A DNA stretch of 64,000 nucleotides from Octopus vulgaris (taxonomy: Eukaryota), in the NCBI GenBank assembly GCA_951406725.2, contig OX597823.1, forward strand, positions 22,878,001-22,942,000. Direction: 5' to 3'. A model generated the notes under the pieces. The model saw only the letters and a program-made list of their open reading frames with translations. It did not search any database and was not told where the DNA came from. The position numbers and the translations under genes are program-made. Of this stretch, positions 57,170 to 64,000 are shown in pieces; the stretch's first letter is position 1; every line of letters starts with the position of its first letter.

Positions 57170-58500
57170 ATACACTGGTTTCTGGAGCTGTACTAAACTG
57201 GGTTTTATACCTATTTCCTCTATCCATCTGTTCAGATCTTTAGGGATAGTTCCCAATGCACCTATAACTACTTGGATACATTTTACCCGCACATTCCATA
57301 GTCTCAGTAATTGAATAATAAGGTCCTGGTACTTTGCTATTTTCTTTCTATACTTCTCATATTAGTGTTTTCATCATTTGGGACTGTAAAGTCAATTATC
57401 TGGCACTTTCTATTCTCTTTATCAACTACTACCAAATCAAGCCTTCTAGCTTCTATTACTCTGTTAATCTGAATGTTAAAACCCCACATCTTACTTTCTA
57501 GTACTTTACTAGATTCATCTTCATGCCATTTATCAGTATGTTCAAATCCTAGCTTTCTACAAAGCTCCCAGTCGATTACTCTCCCTAGGTTGTCATGCCT
57601 TTCCTGGTATTCTCTCTGTACCAGTATGCTACATTCACTTACTATGTGAGTAATACTTTCCTCTTTTGATTTGCATAATCTACACTGGGAATCTACTTGG
57701 TTTTGTCTATTTTGGCTTTTATCCAATTAGTCCCAAATGCTTGATCTTGTGCAGCTACTAACAAACACTTTGTCTCCCTCTTCAGCTTTCCTTTCTGCAA
57801 CCATAACCATGTCTCACTACTATTATTTGCTGCAACTATCTTTGGGAATCTACCATGCAACACCTTCTCCTGCCAGTCAAATAATTTCTGTTCTTTTTTC
57901 CAGTTTTTAACTTTGCTTGAAGTTTTGGTTTCCCTATATCTTGCTGTGGCTAAACTTTCTTCACTATTACCGTCATAGGAGTCTATATCTACTCTAGCTA
58001 CCTCCTCACAGTCTTCTACTGATATTAGCCCTCTTCCACCTTCTTTCTAGGTAGGTATAACCTTGCTACTCCTGCCCTTGGGTGGAGTCCTCCATTCATA
58101 TTGAATTCCTTCCTAGTTCTTCTGTCAAGCTTACTAATTCAGTTTTTGTCCAATCTACAAAATCTACTGAGTATCTAAATTATGATTCTGCTCTAGTATT
58201 TACAGCCTTCACTAGATTCGAATTATTTAGCTTTGACTTCATTAGCTTCCTCGCCTTTTCAGTGTACTCCTCAATTTTCGTTTTTATTTCTGTAGCTAGT
58301 ACCCTGACACTTAGATACTTATAACTCTCTCCTCCTTTCAATGATTTTAATGTCTGGCCATCTGGTAATTGGATGCCTTCACTGTCCCTTTCTCATGACT
58401 AATATTACACACTTATCTATGCCAAATTCCATGCCTATTTCTTTGCTGAAAAGTCTTACAGTTTGTATTAAGGAATCTATCTCTTTTTCATTCTTACTCC
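57170..58500 (-). mobile_element. Degenerate R4/Dong-like RLE LINE fragment
   Basis: Motifs CRLCKSKEESITHIVSEC, RHDNLG, ARRLDLVVVD and VVIGALGTIP. Confidence 0.8.
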
Positions 58501-59402
58501 TGACTGTAATACTTTTGATCATAGATTAGCTGGATGAAAGCTGACCTGGGGCCAAATAACAACTCCTACCACTACTGCCACATTTAACTCTGTTTGGTCT
58601 TCTGAAATAGTAAATTCTTCATCTTTCACTGGTGAACTCCATAAAGTATTATATCATTTATATTTTCAAAACTTGATACTCTGTGTTTAATTATAGTTAC
58701 CTAAGGTGAGAGCCATACAAAAGCTGGTTTATGTTTCTTACATATTATCACAAGCAAGAGGTAACCATTACTTTGGCCTGAGTTTATAAGACTTCAAACA
58801 GCAGCTACAAACTTGTGGGTTGTGGCATAGAGGGATTGTAGTATAACTATGAAGGGGTCATGCAAAGAAAATCTTTTATTTTTGAAGTATTTCATAAACT
58901 GTACATCAATTTGTTAAACAATAAATTGAAGGTATATATATGGCCCACAATACAGCATTTAATACAAACAAAAACTGAGAAATTTTTCTCTAAAATTATT
59001 TCAAATTTTAAATATGCAATAGTTTTGAAATTTTTTTTCTAATATTAAAAAAAAAAAGTTGGGGTTATGAAGCGTTATTGATTTGAGTTGCAGTGATGAA
59101 AGGTTAGCAAACTGTTGGCTTAGGGGAACCAACTTCCTGTTACTGCTAATAAATCTCAGTATGTTCACAGCTTTGCGTTAATCGAATTAAAGTACAGATT
59201 ATGGCTGACATGGCTCAACAAATATAGTCATGATCAGATTAAAGAAAATTTTATTAAAACACTGACTTGTTTACATAACAAGCTTGTTTAACTACATCTC
59301 CTTAAGCTCATCAAGAAAATCTTCATTATCAGTTTTCAAACAACATAGATGGCATACTTTCAAACTAACTCCCAATCCATGTCTCTATCTTTATTATTAT
59401 TA

Positions 59403-59455
<53 letters not shown>

Positions 59456-59487
59456 GTTGTTGTTGTTGTTGTTGTTGTTATCATTAA

Positions 59488-60475
59488 TGGGGTGGTTAGC
59501 TGGCAGAATCGCTAGCATGCTGGGCAAAATGCTTAGTGGTATTTTGTCTGTCCCTGGGTTCTGAGTTACAATTCTGCCGCAGTCATCTTCGCTTTTCATC
59601 CTTTTGGAGTCGATAAAATAAGTACCAGTTGAGCACTAGGGTTGATGTAATCAACTATTTCCCTCCCATAAAATTGCTGGCTTCATGCCAAAATTTGAAA
59701 TCATCATCGTCGTCATCATTATTATTATTATTATTTATTCTTTTTACCTCAGGTTCTGTTGTAACTCCTGGAGTCTTGCATGCATAGCAGGCTTGCTGCC
59801 TGCATTATGGTTATTATTATAATTAGGATGGTAAATGAGTAGAATCATTAGAACACCAGACAAAATGCTTTGCTGTGTTTCTTTGGACTCTTCATGTTCT
59901 GAGTGAAAATTTCACCAGAGTCAACATTGCTTTCAGGACTTACATCGACCCCATTCAAGTACTGGGCTCAATGTAATCAAATAACCCTTTCCCCTTAAAA
60001 ATTGCTGGCCTTGTGCCAAAAATTTTGAAGAAATATTATCATTGTTAAAATGATGAGCTGGTAGAATCATTAGTGCTTTGGGGACATAATGCTTAATGGC
60101 TTTTCTTCCAACTCTTTATTTTCTGAGTTCAAATTCCACTGAGGTTGACTTTGCTTTTCATCTTTTCAGGGTCAATAAAATAAGTACCAGATGAACTCTA
60201 GGGTTGATGTAGTCAACTATCCACCTCCTCCAAAACTGTTTGCTTTGTTCCTGTTACTTGAAAGAAGTATTATTTTAGAGGGCAGTGGGTTGGCAAATCA
60301 TCAGATTATTGGGAGTAATGTTTTGCTGCATTCCCTCCAGTTCATTACATTCTGAGTTCAAATCCTGGCAAAATTTGCCTGTCATCCTTTCAGGGTCAGT
60401 AAAATGCTAGGGGTCAATATAATTAGCTGTTTCCCACACCCCAAATTTCTGGCTTTGTACTTACATAAGAAATTA
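59488..60475 (+). repeat. Head-to-tail cluster of about 4 degenerate tRNA-derived SINEs separated by (ATT)n
   Basis: Repeated AGAATC..TAG...TTCTGAGTTCAAAT...CTTTCATCCTTT...ATAAAATAAGTACCAG blocks. Confidence 0.65.
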
Positions 60476-60796
60476 TTACTATTAATTTTTTTCACCAGTT
60501 TTATGTGAATGCCTTATGCATCAGCAAGGTGCATCTTTGTGTTCTTTTGCTATGTGCAACATTGTCTCTTGTCAATGTAGAATTGCGTTTGTATTAAATT
60601 TACTTGGTTATTTGTGCCGTTACTTTAGTGCTTTATCTATCTGTAGTATAAACCAGTTATTCACAGCCTTTTCATGTACTCATGCTCTCTTTTTAAACCT
60701 GAATTTCATTTGTGGCCCCTCACAGGTACCTTTAGTTTTAAAAATAAAATCTCTTTTACCATGTGCAATGATTATTAATTATAGTTGTATCAAGTG

Positions 60797-61113
60797 AGGG
60801 CGCGTGGCTTAGTGGTTAGGGCATTTGGCTCATGATCGTAAGGTTGTGAGTTTGATTCCCGGCAACGCGTTGTGTCCTTGAGCAAGACACTTTATTTCAC
60901 GTTGTTCCAGTCCACTCAGCTGGCAAAAATGAGTTGTACTTGTATTTCAAAGGGTCAGCCTTGTCACTCTCTGTGTCACGCTGATTATCCCCGAGAACTA
61001 CGTTAAGGGTACACGTGTCTGTGGAATGCTCAGCCATTTGCACGTTAATTTCACGAGCAAGCTGTTCCGTTGATCGTATCAGCTGGGACCCTCGTCGTCG
61101 TAACCGGCGGAGT
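60797..61113 (+). mobile_element. tRNA-derived SINE related to 15012-15346
   Basis: GGCGCGTGGCTTAGTGG, GTTTGATTCC and GTGTCCTTGAGCAAGACAC. The flanking duplication TAGTTGTATCA lies at about 60782 and 61122. Confidence 0.8.
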
Positions 61114-61379
61114 CTTTTTAATAGTTGTATCATATAAAAATAATTGTTACAGTGTACAAAAAAAATTGCTATTTCTATGAAGACAATTATGTTAGCAAAC
61201 AAAATTCTATAAAAACATAAAACCTTAAGAACTGTTACAAATTAACTTTATTAACGTGTACTTTACCCACTAAAAATTCTAAGAAACAAAATATATAGCA
61301 ATAAATATTCTTATGATTGGCACTTAATTCACTGTGAGTCTTATGGCTGATACAAACTTGGAAGCTTTTCAATATTTCA

Positions 61380-61790
61380 CTGCAGTGTTGTTAATGACAA
61401 ACGATCACCTCTCCTTACAATATCAAGGTTGTTGCGAACTCTTAATAGAAGGTAAGTCACACAGCAAACTAGATTTAACAAGATAAAAAGTAGGAAAAGT
61501 AATAACATACAACTTTTCTTTCTTCAAGAGTAGTGGAAACTTCTCCGCAATTTTATTACTTTTCTGTAAATTATGTTTGCCATATTTGAAACTAGCTTGA
61601 GGTGTTTTATCAGGCTGTAAGTCAGCAAGGTTTTTAATGTTAATATCAGTTGTGTTTACCACAAATGGATTCACCACTCAATCTGGATGATTCATCTCTA
61701 CTAAATCACTGAACTTTTAGTACACTGTATGAATGCATCAAAAACCCACTCGAAATAAGCAGAAAGATTCTCACCTTGCAGTTTAGTGTC
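61380..61790 (-). pseudogene. Degenerate hAT (Buster/ZBED5-like) transposase C-terminal fragment
   Basis: VVNPF...LADLQ.D...KFPLL...FPTFYLV resembles the W..NPF...L..LQ.D...YP.L...FPTSYL.E pattern. Confidence 0.5.
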
Positions 61791-64000
61791 AATCATACCT
61801 GGGTTAGAAATTATACCAACTTGTGGTATCTTTTGTTTTTGTTTTCTGTTTTCTTTAAATTTACTGAAGATAATTTCTGTATTCCTTAATTACTGATATT
61901 CGAATATTATAGTTATATATAATTATTGAGACTTAATAATGTAGAATATGTCTTGGTATTAACTGATATTAAGCCATTCCATGATACAAAAATTCGAAGG
62001 AATTTTATTTTATGATTATTCGTATTTTATTAAATACTTGTCCTGTTGTATATATTTTATGCTTATATATACTGTTAATAATAATGGTTGTCTCTTGAAT
62101 CTGAAAACAATGGTTAGGTTGCATGGTCAACATCTGTGGACACTCATGTGACTTCTTAGACTGAAGTGAAACACACTGATACAGCTGCAGGTCAGACAAG
62201 GAACACCACTTGTTGAGATAGGAGCAGACACCTTTCCTTGTCTCTTATGACTTGCCCTGAGACAATGTATACACCAGTTGGTTTGGAAACTGTTTGCTGC
62301 CAGGGGTCATAGGTTGTGCCACTAGGTCTGCTCAGTCCAGTTGTATTTATTTCATAGTTGTATATATTATTGAATATTTGTCTAATTGTATATATTTCTT
62401 AGTTTTATCAGTCTCACTTTTATCTATGTAAAATTTTATCTATGCTTATATCTAGATTCTGATACTAGTCCTAGTGCAACAATTGCTTATTCACCTTATT
62501 AAGTTGTTAAATGAGAATAAAACTTAATATTCAAAACAAGCAAAAAAATACACCAAGATAAAGTGAAATGTGCAAGTGAGTGTGACATTCCTTAACTTTG
62601 CAGGCATTGCTAAATATATGTAATTATTTATAGAAAATCAAATGGAGCTAGCTTGTTGAAAGAAATACATCTAGTTACTGTAAGTTGTAGAGAAATCAAT
62701 GGGTTTAGAAAGTTTTTTGATGTAGTGAAATAGCGGCCAGTGCTAATCAAGATAGTCAAACAGTAGAGAGAAGTTCAATAAGGTTGAGAAAAATTATTTT
62801 TACACATTTTGTGAGGGTGAAGGCTGACTGCAATTATAAGTCAGCGGGTGATCTGGGAAGGAAGTAAGCAAGGCATGAAAGTGCAGATTGAAAAATAATT
62901 TTTTTTTTAAATCATTAAAGTGGGAGTGTTAACTGTTGTAGGGTATAAGGTAGTATATTTTAAAAGGTAAATCTTTAAAGTTAAAGTAAACTTAAGAGTA
63001 GCCAGGTGAATATTGTAAAGTGTGGGTTAATGTATCTTAAACAGATGCTGATATAAGGGAAAATGTTAGTGTTTTTGATTGGTCAGTGAAAAGAGTGACA
63101 AGATAAAGTGTTGAGTAAATATTTAGCAGTGCAATCAACTCCTCTGCAGCCAGGAATGGAAGAAAATATTTTATACATATTATGATGGAAAAAGACAATG
63201 AAAATATGAGACAAAATTTATTGTTATTATTAAAAGACAATCTTTATATCCAGCTTAACATAGTGCTATTGTTAGAATGTTGACTGTTGCATTATTTAAC
63301 TTCAGAGGACCTTTCATATGGACATATGGGGCATAAAAGCATACATATTTATATCCTTGACAGATAAGAATCGTTTGTGCATGATCTTGCAGGTGGGGCC
63401 CAGTTAGAATTTTCTTCAGGTCGAGTAGCCCATCCCACTCAAAAGGTCACTAAATAAGGGTTGTTCAAGGATGTTGAACAAAATACTCAGGTTTCCAGAG
63501 GTGAATTATTCAAACTCCAAAGAATTCCTCTCAACACATGGCTATGATGCTCCTCAAATATTTCTGCTTGTGATCAGAGATGCACATATTGTCAGCTACT
63601 AAGGGACATGCTCAACTGGTTATGGTCAAACAACTGACAAGCAAATCTGTGATATTGAGCAGAATATTCACTGTATCCCATCTTTTACACCAAAACAAAT
63701 CAATGTACATGATAACACTTCCAATCAGTTAAGCTCAGAAGCTATGAGAGTCACCAGGGCATTTATTATTATTTTTTATTATTATTATTATTATTATTAT
63801 CATCATTATTCAGTAGTTTTATTTTTATAGCGTGCTTTTACTTCACTACCGTGCACAGCTCTGTGTGCCTTGTGTATGTGCTGTGATTTGTTGTGATGCT
63901 CTGATGGTTACTGTATGGAAAGTGTTCTGCGTAGGATGTGTGCAGTGCCTAGTAGTGCAATTTTCTGTATGTTATATGTGTTTGTAAGTCCTGGCATTTT

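Overview
AT-rich, microsatellite-dense animal genomic DNA. The repeat families and their style suggest a cephalopod such as octopus, which is an inference. The only confidently identified host gene is coding exon 1 of a TASK-type two-pore K+ channel (KCNK3/KCNK9-like, 27208-27490, +). No exon 2 was found, so the rest of the window appears to be its first intron. The remainder is transposon debris: mariner and maT, hAT, Merlin, a piggyBac MITE, R4/Dong, CRE, RTE and CR1 LINEs, a solo LTR and tRNA-derived SINEs. The most notable element is a young 3.5-kb array of a 360-bp monomer (37876-41410), about 3.9 copies on the minus strand joined to about 5.9 copies on the plus strand. Each monomer carries a type I hammerhead ribozyme motif, so the array looks like a non-LTR retrozyme. 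Its core is a variant (CCGAUGA) and has a built-in complementary anti-core. At least four other hammerhead-bearing, Penelope-like remnants are present, three of them with a similar inverted layout. All folds were worked out by eye and none was computed.
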